This document shows positions 10,501 through 23,100 of a stretch of 64,000 nucleotides of DNA, in pieces. The notes under the pieces are model-generated. The model was given only the letters and a program-made list of their open reading frames with translations. It was not told the DNA's origin and did no database searches. Each line of letters opens with the position of its first letter. Within the stretch, counting starts at the first letter, position 1. Source of the DNA: Phoronis australis (lineage: Eukaryota > Animalia > Phoronida); NCBI GenBank assembly GCA_002633005.1, contig NMRA01000053.1, positions 832,711-896,710 of the forward strand, read 5' to 3'. Both the position numbers and the translations under genes were made by a program.

Positions 10501-13500
10501 TAGTGCCAAATGTACCAATTGTTGTATTATTGCAGGTTCACTAGCTGGGCCTCTAGAAGTACTCACCAGTTAAAACACAGCTACTCAAGCTTCAATAAAA
10601 CCCGATTAAGGTGTTCATCCCTGATGGCCTGACTGTATGCTGAAGACTGCCAACAGCCTCCCGTCAGCAGCATAAATAAAAGAAACATCCGGGGAACCAT
10701 AAAACTTGACAAATCTCACAGAAAAATCAGGGACGAATGATGTTGACGATTACAAGAGTGGTATTATTGAATGTAGAATCCAGGATGTTAGCAATGCTGC
10801 TGAGATCTGTAGCTTGGAGGCACACCTGTTCTGTAGAAGGGGAAGACTCTCAGTACTGGTGGATTTTTCAACTCAGAGCAATGAATACCCACAATGAAGA
10901 ATGCACCTAAACACTAGGCTGCTTTATTATCACTAGTTGGTTTGCGTGATGTTGGTCATTTCTGTCTAGTTACAATTTGCAGTCCAGGTTATATTCTAGT
11001 GACTGGTGCCTTGATTTGTCTGTCCTTTTCACCAATTGTTATCAATTTCGTGATTTCTTAATCATCCCTCTTGATTTTTTAGGGGGTATGTCCTGTTTGT
11101 ATTCAGCCAAATATTGAGTCTGAGTTTCACATTGGCTTGGAATGTCCCTTTTTCAGTGATCTAAGAGACAAATACCTTCCTGAAAGATGTTATGCTGCAC
11201 TTTATATTAAACTCTGCATTATTGACTAGAAGTTTATTTTATGCCATTATGAGAATTGTCCATTCATAGAATCACTTATTATGTGAAGTTGTACCAAAGG
11301 TGACTTTTTGCATGTTGGTTTTGTCATCAAATGTCAACTGGATTGATTTGACATGCTAAAATTGCATTATGATTACATTTTGTTTTTGAAAATCTGTTGC
11401 TTTTGTTATAATTACATTTGTCATCTCTATTGTGTTGTTACATTTTTGTAAGTCTCAATAACTAAGCAGTATAAATCTCTAATCCAGAGAATTCCAGTGG
11501 TGCTGAGAGGGCTCAACATTGGAGAATGCTCAAAGAAATGGACTGTAGACTACATATCAGCAGTGGGGGGATGTAAGGAGGTCAAAGTTCATGTCTCGGA
11601 AAGCTGCCAAATGGACTTTATTAACAAAAATTTTGTTTACAGGTATGCATCACATGTTTTCACTGTCGGGTGAGCGTTTGGCATTGAGATGTTTTAAGGT
11701 TGTGTGAGACCTTATTGACAACTTTGTGTATTTAGCTAAATTTTTACAGAACTATAGATTTTAACTAGTAAGTAAGAGTTACTGTAAGGGGAAAGTTGCA
11801 GAATTTTATTTTGGGCTTTTTACCAATCTGTTATTAATTGGGTCACGCGACCAATAATCGTTGTAGTTAAATTTAGCATACAAGAACAACATGTTGATTG
11901 CAAAAATTTGTTGTATGTACTTATGGATTTTTTTCATAGTACCACTTTTTACAACCTCTCATGAAACATTTTAAAAACTGAGTTTCGGAGAATATTGCAT
12001 AAATCATGTGTGATGGTTTAATATGCTGACAGTCAAAGACAATGCTCTAAACTTATTATCATTGGCATTTTTACGGGATGCGTAAAATGTCATTTACACA
12101 TAAGATTGTGGGATACCAGTTATCCAAAGCAGCATTGCCAGTGGATGATGCGATCTGTGTGTAGTAAGAAATTCAGTTGCTCATAGATACAAGTAAATAA
12201 CGTAGTGTCTATAAACTGCAAATTAATGTGTCTGTACACACTTAAATCATCATCACAAACCAATACTGATTTAAAAAGGAATGTTGCCTTTTTAAACCTA
12301 TTTTGGTCTGACAGTTAACTATTCACAAGTTACATTCTCCGAAATGTATTTTTAACTTCAAACTAGAGGTCACTTTTATTATCAGGCTGCAAGTATAATG
12401 TTGCTTAATGCAAACCTTTTCGGAACTTTCAGTTTGAGCAACTGCTATAATTTTTATTTCATTCACCTTGTTTTTATGCAAATTGGAGAGTCACTTAGAG
12501 GGGTCCCAATTCTCTTCACTGGATAACAAGCATCAAACTGGTTCTCAAAATCCAGGACCCCTGTAAATAACTATCGCCTGGAGCATGACCAAAAAGGTGC
12601 AATATACCTTTATAGCTTTTATAGTTGTATTAAGTTAAATATGGCCAGTCTATCAAAATACCTCCTATCACAGTGCTGATGATTCAATGATTCTGTAGAA
12701 AAATTATTTTGTGGTTTCGTATGAATGAGTTTTTGTTCATGTGTTTGTTGTTGTGGGTTGCAGGTACGACTCAACAGTTCATGCAGCTATTGTAGCGCTT
12801 TGTGGCGATATTTGACTAGAGGCTGGTACATATTATATCACAATAGGGCCGTCCCGGATTATACAGCAACACTCAAATCTCGCCGTATTTACCCACAATG
12901 CCATAACCATCTGTCAGGCTCATTTGCAGCCTCGTTTTCATGCCACTGGAGTTCCACATGTTCTTTATCGTCTGATTCTTTGCAAGTTTTTCTCGGCGGC
13001 ATTACTCTATTTGTTCTTCCAATGCTAACAAAATATTACTGCTGTGCTGTGGGCTGCATCTCTGATGTGAGAATGTTTGATAAACTGGACAAATACTTGT
13101 CTGATTCTTTGCAAGTTTTTCTCGGCGGCATTACTCTATTCGTTCTTCCAATGCTAACAAAATATTACTGCTGTGCTGTGGGCTGCAACTCTGATATGAG
13201 AATGTTTGATAAACTGGACAAATACCTGTGGATGCATGATGTGAAGGTCTTCGCCTTCCCTACATCAATGACAGACAAGAAAATGCAAAGAGAGTGGGTA
13301 AAACAAGTTTGTCGGGTAAATTTTGAACCGAACAAAATTCCCTTTCTTGAAGCTACCCATTCAACTCTGCTACTTAATGAACGATTAAAATCAGGAATAT
13401 TTCCACAGCTATTCAACTCTCCGGTCTTCGACATGGTCTGTGAAAATGTGGCTGATCTCCAAAACGAGGTCATGCGGTTTCTTATATCTGAAACAAAGCA

Positions 13501-16500
13501 GAGTGCTGTTGTCGTGTAATCTGGGACAGCCCTATTCTTCACCTAATTATCACGCAGTATTGCAGACAACTGAGATTCTATTCATTTGTGATATTTCTTA
13601 ATATAGATAAAGGTTAAGAAAATTTTAGTAAGTCATAAGCTTGTTTTGTACCATATAGTTGTCATAAAACATATTGTCAAATTTCCTTTATTTGTAGCAA
13701 GGCAATTAGCCTTTGAAAAAAATTAAATTCATGGTTAATGGCTTGTGTGAAATGGGTGAAGGAGGTGGCACTTGACTATGTATTTTTGTAAAAGGAGCAT
13801 ATCCGCGAAATTAAGAAACCCACCCACTTAGAGAGCAGACTCAAAAAAGGGACCCATATGCAGAGAGCTCCCATGAAAAGTCACTCTTTCATTACGGTTT
13901 TATTCCAGAAACATGTCCCTTTTGTAGGGGTTATTTTTTTGAAACTAACCCTTTCGTAGGGATTCTTGGAAGTTAAATTTTAACCCGTTAAGCCGAAAGT
14001 AGTACAAGAAGACATGCCATGTTGTCAAAAATGAGTTTGTCATTTGGAATAGTTTCTTAAAAGAACATAGTATTATATTAAATTAAAATTACTCTACAGA
14101 TGTCTGTGGTTTAAAAAGAGCCTTTTTAGTGAGTCCTTTTCCGGGGAAATTTGTTGGAACAGGAAATTTTGTCACCCTAATTCTGATTGGCACATCCCAT
14201 CCATGTTGCTATAAGAGTGCTCTGCAAGCTAACTACCTGACAGTGTGTATGCGTAAGTTTCGTCTACAACACAAATGGGTTAGCCACTGATAGTAACAGT
14301 AAAGCCGTATAATAAGTTCATCATTTCTGTCCAGGACTCTTCCATTCTCAACATTAGTCAGGCGAGCGAGCACAGACAAACAGACAGAATTTTTCTTCAA
14401 TGAAGATGAGAAATACTACTTGCGTGCATTAGGCGATGACCCAAGGAAGGATATTGCTGACATTGACAGCCAGTTTCCTGATTTAGCCAAAGACATTAGA
14501 TTTCCAGATTTCTTTGAAAAGGATCAGTTTTTCTCCAGTGTTTTCCGGATAGGATCAAAAGGGATGCAGTTGTGGACACACTATGATGTAAGTTATGATT
14601 ATCAGATTTCTACAGGTAAGCCTGGGGCATTTTCTTGACAGATGCTGTATTTGGCATTAAACTCTGTCTTTCTGTCAGAAAGAAACGTTTTGAACTTACT
14701 CCACTTTAACCACAATGGCATTGGCCTTAAAGTGTTCCTACGATGGAATTTTGGACTTTTAAGGTTTTACACAGTGTATAATAATTTTATAATTCAAAAT
14801 CTTAACTAAACAAGCACTTATTTTGGGAAAAATTTAGGAACTTCAGTCTATCATTAAAAAATTGATGATTTTTGGTTTCCCACTAAGTGATGTGGAGGAC
14901 AATGATCAGTTGACAGTGTGTATGCAATCATGGCAGATAGTAGTGATTTTTTATTAAGTTATAAAGAGTTAGAGAGCAAGTGTTATGAAGACAGATATGG
15001 AGATGGGGATGAAGATAACTCTCAGGTCATAGGTGAAACATGTGATGAGTTAGACCTCGCCATATCGGCAGACTTTGCATGTTTGAGGCCTTTCAAAATC
15101 AACCCTCCCGCACTTACAACTTCGGCAAGTGAAGTAGAGTCGGAGCACACTCAGTCTGCAGATAGTCCTAACATTTGTGAATTTAGTTCTCGTTCAGTCC
15201 TGTTCAAATGTATCTCTGACCACACTCAATCACGAAATGCCAAATGTGTTACACTTTTAAGCTTGTCTGACTTCCGTCTCTGTCACTGCCAGAATCCTCA
15301 GTAATTCAAACAGCTACATGCATCACCCGTACATATTGGAGTCTTCTCTTCAATACATTGTGCTTCTATAGCGGGTACAGTATCTTCAAAATGGCTGCTA
15401 TTGGCCATTCTTTGTCTATTTTCATCTGGTGACGTATAGTGCGAAAAGGTTATCACTGACGTGCCAGTGTCTGAGAATTTAAATCATGTTTTCTCTTGTT
15501 GCTAAAACATTGGTAGGACTGTGTGGATAATCCAGTACATGCAGAATTATAACAAAAATCCGTTTGATTATAAGGCTTTAAAGACAGCAGTTGTTGACAA
15601 GTAACTCTGTCCAGTGTTCCATCACAGAACAAGCCTATCCAAAACACAATGGACCCCATAAACCTAATTTACTGAACCTGGTGTTTAACAACGGTGTATT
15701 GTTCTTCCCAATCCCATAAGTCACATGTTGTGACCCATTTATTATACAGTAATGAGTTTGAATTAAAAGTTACAATTTTTGGCTGCAGCTTCTGCTGTGG
15801 TTATATATGGATTAATTTATATAGATATCGTTTTCTTTTGCAGATCATGGATAACATGTTGATACAAGTTACTGGTAGGAAGAAATGTGTCTTGTTCTCA
15901 CCAAAAGACACACTGCACATGTATTTGGATGGTAGGTAGGAAGTGAGCACGGAGCATTTCTGAGAACTATTGCCAACTGGCCACATACATACCTACTACG
16001 TTGACCCTATTAACTGTCCTCACCTCTGAAGTTATTCCCCACTCGTTTCAGAATTGGCTGAAACTTGATAAAGCTTTGGCATTGCTATCACAATTATACA
16101 TTTTAACCGTTGATTTCTCTAGACTACCAACCGTAAGGCAGTTCGCTCATAGGTGGTAAGCTGATCAGTTAATGGATCATTTTACTACCAAGCAGCCCTT
16201 ACCAACACATGCAAATTTTTACCTACTGATGTTGCCTTTACTTTTAATCTGTCGTTTGCTTTAATCAAACACAGGCATTTATTTAAGACCCAGTGCTAAT
16301 ATTGCTCTGAACTTTTAAACCCTGGAGCTAATTCAAGGAAGGCACTTTAAAGATTGTTAGAAAGCCCATACACTTGAAATTCTTTTGAACTGCTGTACTT
16401 TTGAATTCCCATGACATTTTAAGTAATAATTAAGAATTTCTTGTGCTTTCCTAGCTAAGGGTGAATCAGGGTTCATTGGATAAGTGTGGGATAACATTTC

Positions 16501-18279
16501 ACATTTCTGTGCCTTTAGAATTCTCCCCATGATCTTTAGCAACAGTTTAGACTGTGATAGACTGAAAGATTTCGTTGTGCTGATCATGAAGACGTGACTT
16601 TACCTGAAGGTTTTGCACTTCCCCTGTTGAACTAGACTACTTATGATTGATTTTCATTTTCAGGGGATAAATCACAAGTGTTAGATATCGATAATCCTGA
16701 TGTCATCAAATATCCCGACTTCTTAAAGGCAATGCGCTATGAATGTACTCTGCAAGCAGGAGATGTTCTCTTCATACCAGGTTTGTATTGTTCTATCTCT
16801 TATCAAGTCCAGGTGGAAAGTTGGCGTCAGTGTTAGGTCATAGATCGTGGACAACAGAATTATAACTCCCATATTTTCTCTTGAAGTTCCCAGTGGAGAT
16901 GCCACTTACTTTGTGTGCCAGTCGCAGCTTCTGGTTAGTGTACTGAGATGGGAAATTTGGTATTTTTTGCAACAGAGCAGTAAGAAAGAACAATTTGACA
17001 ATGAAAAGTTGTTTCACATCTTTCTAATAAGTAATTTTGGCAATAAAGTTCGAGCAGTGCAATACAAAGTTCAAGCTTTAGCAACACAAGCCATAGTTAG
17101 CAGACGGACTATATACAGGAAGTAAAACTGGCCAACTCAGCTGGCGCCACTAATAAGTAAGGACATTACGGCTTGTGAGCAAGGACACAGATATCGGCAT
17201 TTAGAATAGAGTTGGCAGTTCATGTACTATAATCTGACTAGATGCATAATAATAATAACAATCAAATTTGGTATATAGCTGTATGTTAATACTTGACTGA
17301 AAGATCTTGCAGTGATTTGTCAAGTGGAATCGGTTAGTACATAGCTCATATGAATGAGAGAGCCGGGAACACAAATCAGTTCCATTTTTGTTGAAAAATT
17401 GTCATTTCCGGACAAAATGATGAAATCAAAATCTAGTTTTCATTCATCTAGACTTTGGTTGTCTATTCTCATGTGAAGCGCTATTGGTATATTAAGTCCT
17501 CATGTTATGTCTTCTTTGAGAACCGTTGTTTTGATTCATGTTGTTGGGGTGAATCCTTATTATTTTTTAATCGTGATTTAGGATGTCTAAGACATAGTTC
17601 ACATGATAAAAGAATGGATCCAATGGAGTTCACTGAATGCTTCAACAGGCAGTTGCAGCATTACGGATTTGATTTATTCCAGTTTAAAATTCATGATTTC
17701 CGTTTGACCCACCTTGCGCCATGTCAAAGTTATGGTGCCTAATAACTGATGGAAAGTGTGAGCAAATTAACTGCTCCATAGAGAATTGGTGAGAAATTTT
17801 AGCTTTGAAATTTCAGAAGCCAAGGAGTGTCATTTCGTGTGCTTTTCACGTGATTACCCAGCTTTGACTGACTAGTGTGTAAACATGCAGCAATAGTCAC
17901 CTATAGGGGTTTCAGATTTTGAGAATCAGTGTGATGCCTGTGTTTGAGTGAAGAAAACTGGTTCCTAAAATGTGTTACCCCTGTGACTATTACCAAAAAT
18001 GCTATTAAAGAGACTCTTGTTTTTGCAGCCCTTTGGTTTCACAATGTAACGTCGCTCGACTTTGGCATAGCTGTGAATGTTTTCTGGAGACATTTGGACT
18101 CTAAATTCTACGACAATAAGGATACGTACGGAAACAAGGATCTGTCCCCAGCAACCAGAGCCATGCAGATACTTGACAGAGCTTTGAAGGCTGTTGAGGA
18201 GTTACCAGAAGAATATAGAGACTTCTATGCACGCCGACTTATAGCTAGGATACAGACCAAATCACTTTCAAATACATAA
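7582..18279 (+). CDS. TYW5: tRNA wybutosine-synthesizing protein 5 (JmjC hydroxylase); exons 7582-7659, 11488-11642, 14335-14587, 15844-15931, 16664-16780, 18029-18279; 313 aa
   Basis: Joined exons give [26 protein letters not shown]|[22 protein letters not shown]...[11 protein letters not shown]|TLPF...[14 protein letters not shown]...LWTHYD|[20 protein letters not shown]...|[13 protein letters not shown]...GDVLFIP|ALWFHNV...DTYGNKD...[10 protein letters not shown]. JmjC HxD...H iron ligands present; all introns GT-AG; phases consistent; 942 nt total. Confidence 0.95.
7735..8554 (+). mobile_element. Tandem TRIM-like non-autonomous LTR retrotransposon with tRNA-derived LTRs (Ajax-like); LTRs 7735-7904, 7943-8104, 8403-8554
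   Basis: Three 150-170 bp direct repeats start TGTTGTGAAA and end ATTAC(A/T/C)ACA. Each holds an A-box (TAGCTGAATGG; one mismatch in LTR3) and a B-box GGTTCGATTC. Polypurine tract AGGAAAGGGGGAA lies directly before LTR3; TGACTT flanks both sides. Confidence 0.75.
8170..8364. repeat. Minisatellite of about 24 bp (GTACAGGCATAATGTAAGGTGCAT), about 8 copies, inside the TRIM internal region
   Basis: Visible tandem units; they account for the repetitive ORFs at 8050-8365. Confidence 0.9.
9563..10757 (-). mobile_element. Old non-autonomous LTR element: diverged direct repeats of about 190-200 bp at 9563-9767 and about 10569-10755
   Basis: The left repeat has TGTTGT...ACAACA ends. On the minus strand it is preceded by purine tract TAGGGAGGATGGGAA, and the right repeat is followed by PBS-like TGGTGAGT. 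No clear TSD and no recognisable protein. Confidence 0.55.
12845..13533 (+). mobile_element. Internally deleted DNA transposon with a THAP-domain remnant (ISL2EU/Harbinger-like)
   Basis: TIRs AGGGCCGTCCCGGATTA and TAATCTGGGACAGCCCT, flanked by AT on both sides. Encodes [11 protein letters not shown]...FAFPT...[16 protein letters not shown] (THAP N-terminal part lacking the CxxHF end). In-frame 129-bp tandem duplication at 12971-13228. Confidence 0.7.
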
Positions 18280-19381
18280 GAAACATTTTTGTTAATTTAG
18301 ATAATATTGGTGCTATACTGTCTGGTAATTAAACTTTTGAAAGTTTATAAATTTTCTCGATTTCGACTGTGCATGGAGCAACACTAGTCAAGATTTATTA
18401 GTTACAATGGAACAGGATTCCAGTCAAAAAGAAAAAGGATGTTTAGTTGTGGTTTTGCACTTCAAAACTTTGTCGAATTTTGATTTGGTTTAGTTTGTTT
18501 TGAAACTATGTTCTTTGAGAAAAAATAGTTATAGTTAAAGACCGTCTCGTATAATTAACTCTTGACTCAAGTTTGACTATACTGTGTTTATAACGATGCA
18601 AGTTTTTCTCAAGGTTTGTAATTCTGGCATGAAATCTGCCAAAGTTTGGCACAGCTTGCTAGAATTATGCCCAAGTCTGTCCACCTTGTTTTGAGCACGA
18701 TGTGTGAACCACTGCATCCGTGTGATTTTTGTCACTGTAATGACAATCCCCTCCTCAAATTTTGGTGTTGGTTTTTACTTGTTTGTGTTCTTTTTGTTAA
18801 TAGTATCAGATCTTGCATCAATCAAGTTTCCTAGCTCACATGCAGGCTACCCTACTGGAAAATTCTTGTACTACATGGTCAAGTTTGTATACCGTAGGCC
18901 TACTTGTCATTGTAATAGTGATAAATGCAACTGTTCTATGACACCTTTGATGGGTTTTGGTCACTGCTATGGTGTGCCATACCTTTACATAACGCACCAA
19001 TGTTAGATCTAGAGTTAAAATGGTTGACCTTTGTGGTTATACAGACCCACCAAATAATTGCCTGATTAGCACTTCAGCAAAGTGTAAAGTTCTTAGTTGT
19101 AAACACAGGAATTGTATACTATATTTAAATGGCGTGCGACAACTTGGACATAATGTGTTGGAAAGAAAAATTTCTCTCCATGGTCACGTAAATCAGACTC
19201 AGGCGAAAAGTAGTTTCTTATCCATTGAACACCAGACACTTTGTTTTTTTAAACTGTTCTGAACAAAGACACAGACTGTCAGAAGGATGTAAAAATAATC
19301 AAAATGTTGGATAGGGTAGTATTGAAGACTAAATCTTTGTCAGTTATAAAGCGGGTAAAAGATGGGATGGTTAGAAATATT

Positions 19382-19635
19382 CAGGGCTTGGAATTTTCCT
19401 CTTTTAAGAGGATTTTCTATTTTGGTTTTGCTTTTGATTTCCTCTTATTTCATTTATTTTTTCCTATTTTTTTGTCTCTTCTATATCATTATTTTGATTT
19501 TGTTCTTGCAAAAATGTTTATTTCAGTTAAACTTTACAACATAAATTATTTCTTTCACACAAACCTATATATTTGTGGAACGATACATCACCTGGAAAAT
19601 GTCCCTCTTTTTGTCATTGGTCATTCCAAGCCCTG
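19382..19635. mobile_element. hAT-like MITE with TIR CAGGGCTTGGAAT...ATTCCAAGCCCTG; relatives near 51390-51515, 61138-61304 plus 62350-62400, and 62605-63087
   Basis: 13-bp perfect TIR and dispersed copies within the window; TSD not clear. Confidence 0.7.
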
Positions 19636-20148
19636 AACGTTTCCAGCTACTTAATTAGTTTTGTCATTACAAGCAGCCTTGCAAGTAGAATGTGTTTAAC
19701 TAGCTGGGTCTGTTATTATGGACCAGTAACATGTTTCTGAAAACAAAGATCTTGTCCAGTTGTTACCAATTATATTCATTGCTGCATTTTGCTTCATTCC
19801 ATATGCAATAAAAGAACATTCCTTGACGCGAGACATAAAATTGTTTTGTGGACTATAACTGTCAAAAGATGGCACTGATTTTCCCCCACTTCAAAATGTT
19901 ACACATAAATGTGACGACAATAGTCCATAACCAGTAGTAATATGAACTTTAAAGGCAATCTTTAAATAAACCGTGTGTCTAGTGTTTAGACCCAGCATTC
20001 AGATCTCAGCTTTTCAACACCTTGATTAATTTAGCTCCCACCATTGTTTGACTCCTTTGCAACAACTCAATTGAACCACGAAGCAGCAACTGTTTTCATT
20101 AACATGGACCATCATCATGTATGTAATCCACCAACAGTCTTTTGCTGT

Positions 20149-23100
20149 TCATTTCTTCTTTCCACCACCCAGTCCTGCGCCCGCGTTGAACTTGAACAGA
20201 ATTATGTCACCGTCTTCCACAACGTACTCACGACCTTTCTGCAGGTACTTTCCAGCAGACTGAAACGACACGTGAAAAGTAAATCCATGGGTGTCATCTT
20301 TTAAGTTCAAAATTGTTTACTTTCACTAGTCACTGTGAATAGTTTGTAAGCAGGATGTTAAATCCCTGGGTAGCAACCTTCCTGTAGTTACTTGGTGAAA
20401 TGAAATTTTGACAAGTATATTTCTGTATTGAACTTTTTTGTTTGTATGGCTGCTATAGGTAGCATTTCTAGCCAGGTCCACCTTAAATAAATGCACATCT
20501 CCATAGAATCAGAAATTTGTTTTTGGTTGTGGCACCCAGTTTTTTGATTTTTCATTTTGAGGCTCTGCTGTCCCTTGACATATCACTCTTACATTCGGTG
20601 TGTGGAAGATCTCTTGAAGCCTTGTTTGAAATTTGCCATCTGTTTTTCGTTATGACATACCATTCTTGAGTTGGTTTAGATTTTTGATGACTGCCCTTTT
20701 GTTGACTAATTCCTCGGTACATGTCTGTTGGTTTACCATCTAATGTACAAGGCTATGTTTCTAACCAGTTTTGTCATTGTTTTCATCATCTCATTATTCT
20801 CGTGTTTCATTCAATTTCACCAACTTTTAGCATTTCTTACACATTTGTTATTTACCACCATCATCACCACACTCATAGTCACCATCCAACTTCACCAAGT
20901 GTCATGCTCTTCATTGCTTTCATTTATTGTAATTTGGTGTCGACTGAAATGCTGTGTATAGCCTGCTGTTTATGTCTTTGAGCTAAGTACACTAAGTTAG
21001 TTTGGAACTGTGTTACACAGGAGAAACTGTTTCACCACCAACCAGTTATCAAGTGGAACTCACTTTGATTCTATTTGTTTGTAATAAGCCAAGTTAGCAC
21101 TCAAAACTTTATAGCACACAATTTATCCTTGGACCCTAGTGATTGGACATTCAACCGTGATCGTTCAATTCCAGTTAGAATTTGAATGACCCTGCATGGG
21201 CTTTAATGTAACAATGTTGAAGGCCAACCAACCTTGCAAGCTGCCTCGGTGCCCGCCTCTTTAAAGTCGACAAACTTCATCACTTCAGCCATGATGAATC
21301 CCTTCTCAAAGTCTGTGTGAATCTTTCCCGCCGCTTGTGGAGCTTTGGTGCCTTTCTGTAGAGCATCAGTGAAAGCACATGTAATACAATGAGGGTTTGC
21401 TGATCAGAAATTAAGTCAGTAACAAAATTAAATGACAAAATGTCAGCCATTTTCAGCATTGTGCAATAATTCAATTGTTTTTCAAAACAACAGTGCAATG
21501 TATACACACAATTTTCAAAACAAGTTTATTTGCAAAACTAAAATTCCCTCTCAAAGTACTGTCTGTTTGTCCCCACTTATGCTTTAAATTGAACCGATCA
21601 AGAATGCCTTGAAAAGTATTTTTTAGAATCTGCACATTACCAAAGGAGAATCGACCAAATGTCTCACAACTCCAAGATGCCAACTCATAATAAAGACATT
21701 CCCCTCGATTGTTGTTTGCAAAAACACATAAAATCAATACAGGTAGGCATTTTTTTTGACTGACAGATGCCAGCACAGCTTGAACATGATGAAAGTCCCA
21801 GTCATATTGCACTTTTCACCCCGGTGTTTTGAATTTCACTGCACTTCTATATTTTTTTATATTTCTCTGATACTTTGTAGACTTGTCGATGACACCCTGA
21901 AGATACATTTTGAAATTTTTGAACAAATTCTGTTGGTCAATTGCTGAGAAATTACTAGTCAAAAAGTGGCTAACTTTTTAGGGACACTTGATAAATCTGA
22001 ATAGTCCAAGACCAAAATATACCTGTCGTGAATTGTCCAATACCAAAATATGCCTGAATAGTCCAAGACCAAAATATACCTGAATTGTCCAAGACCAAAA
22101 GATACCTGAATAGTCCAAGACCAAAATATACCTGAATAGTCCAAGCTTTCACTTCATCCTTGCCAGCAGTAAAAAAGTACATCAGGTTGAGAGCCTTGTA
22201 ACCTGTCACTATGATCTTTTCCAGGTTGCTTTGGAAGAAAACAAAATTAAAGTCATGTTGATTATTCACTGGGAACATAGACACAATAGCAAACTTGCTG
22301 TTGCTGTACTGCATCAACACAAAATACATTGCTGTCGACATTGCACTTAAGTTTCTGTTCCCAGGTAACTGAAACAACCGTCTACAACATGACAGTTTAC
22401 AGCTTCTGTAATCAAAAAGCAGACTAACCACAGGAACAGTCTCTCTAAACACCCCCTTTGAGAACGCAGATGTGTATTTAGTAAGACGTGTAGCATCTAC
22501 TCAGTTTGGCGAGCTGGTTCACGTGGAATAAATGATTTTACCACTGTAACACACAATTTGGCTACTGTTACCTTCCTAGTGAACACTAGCAAAGAGGCAA
22601 CAATTGGACATTTTTGGATCACGGCAATGCTCAATAATTGGAGAAACCAATACCTAAATCCCTGTCTCACAATGTCATTTGCATCATATTCAAGATTTCT
22701 CACTGCAGGGTCTCAAATTCAAAGCAATACTCGTTAGAAATTGGCAAAATTTTGGAATCAGCAGCCCTAACATTTTCTAATGTATCCTAAACTTTAAAGT
22801 ACATGAACATTCATTACCTGTTGACCCCAACCTCTTTACAATACGCGTCTGCCTCTTCCTTATCCATGTCCAAAAGTCGAGACTCCAACGCCCCACTGAA
22901 GGGGATAATGATTGCCCCAGGGTCGTTGGCGTCCACCCACTCCTTGATTTTGGGCAACCTGTAAGAAGAGGTAGTAGAACTATTTCTCACATGACCTGGT
23001 ATGTATTACGACACGATGGGTTAAAAACACCGAGAACGTAGTTTTTTTGATATTACATGGGTGAATCACAAAGTAGTGCAAAGTAGAAATCCATACGCCA

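Noticed and set aside
12725-13519. 264-aa ORF as a host THAP gene
   Set aside because: Mostly bounded by TIRs, with an incomplete THAP domain and an internal duplication; treated as a transposon relic.
14918-15304. Acidic 128-aa ORF in TYW5 intron 3
   Set aside because: No recognisable domain and not needed for the TYW5 frame; it may be a DNA-transposon remnant (TTAA-AG start near 14727), but no matching end was found.
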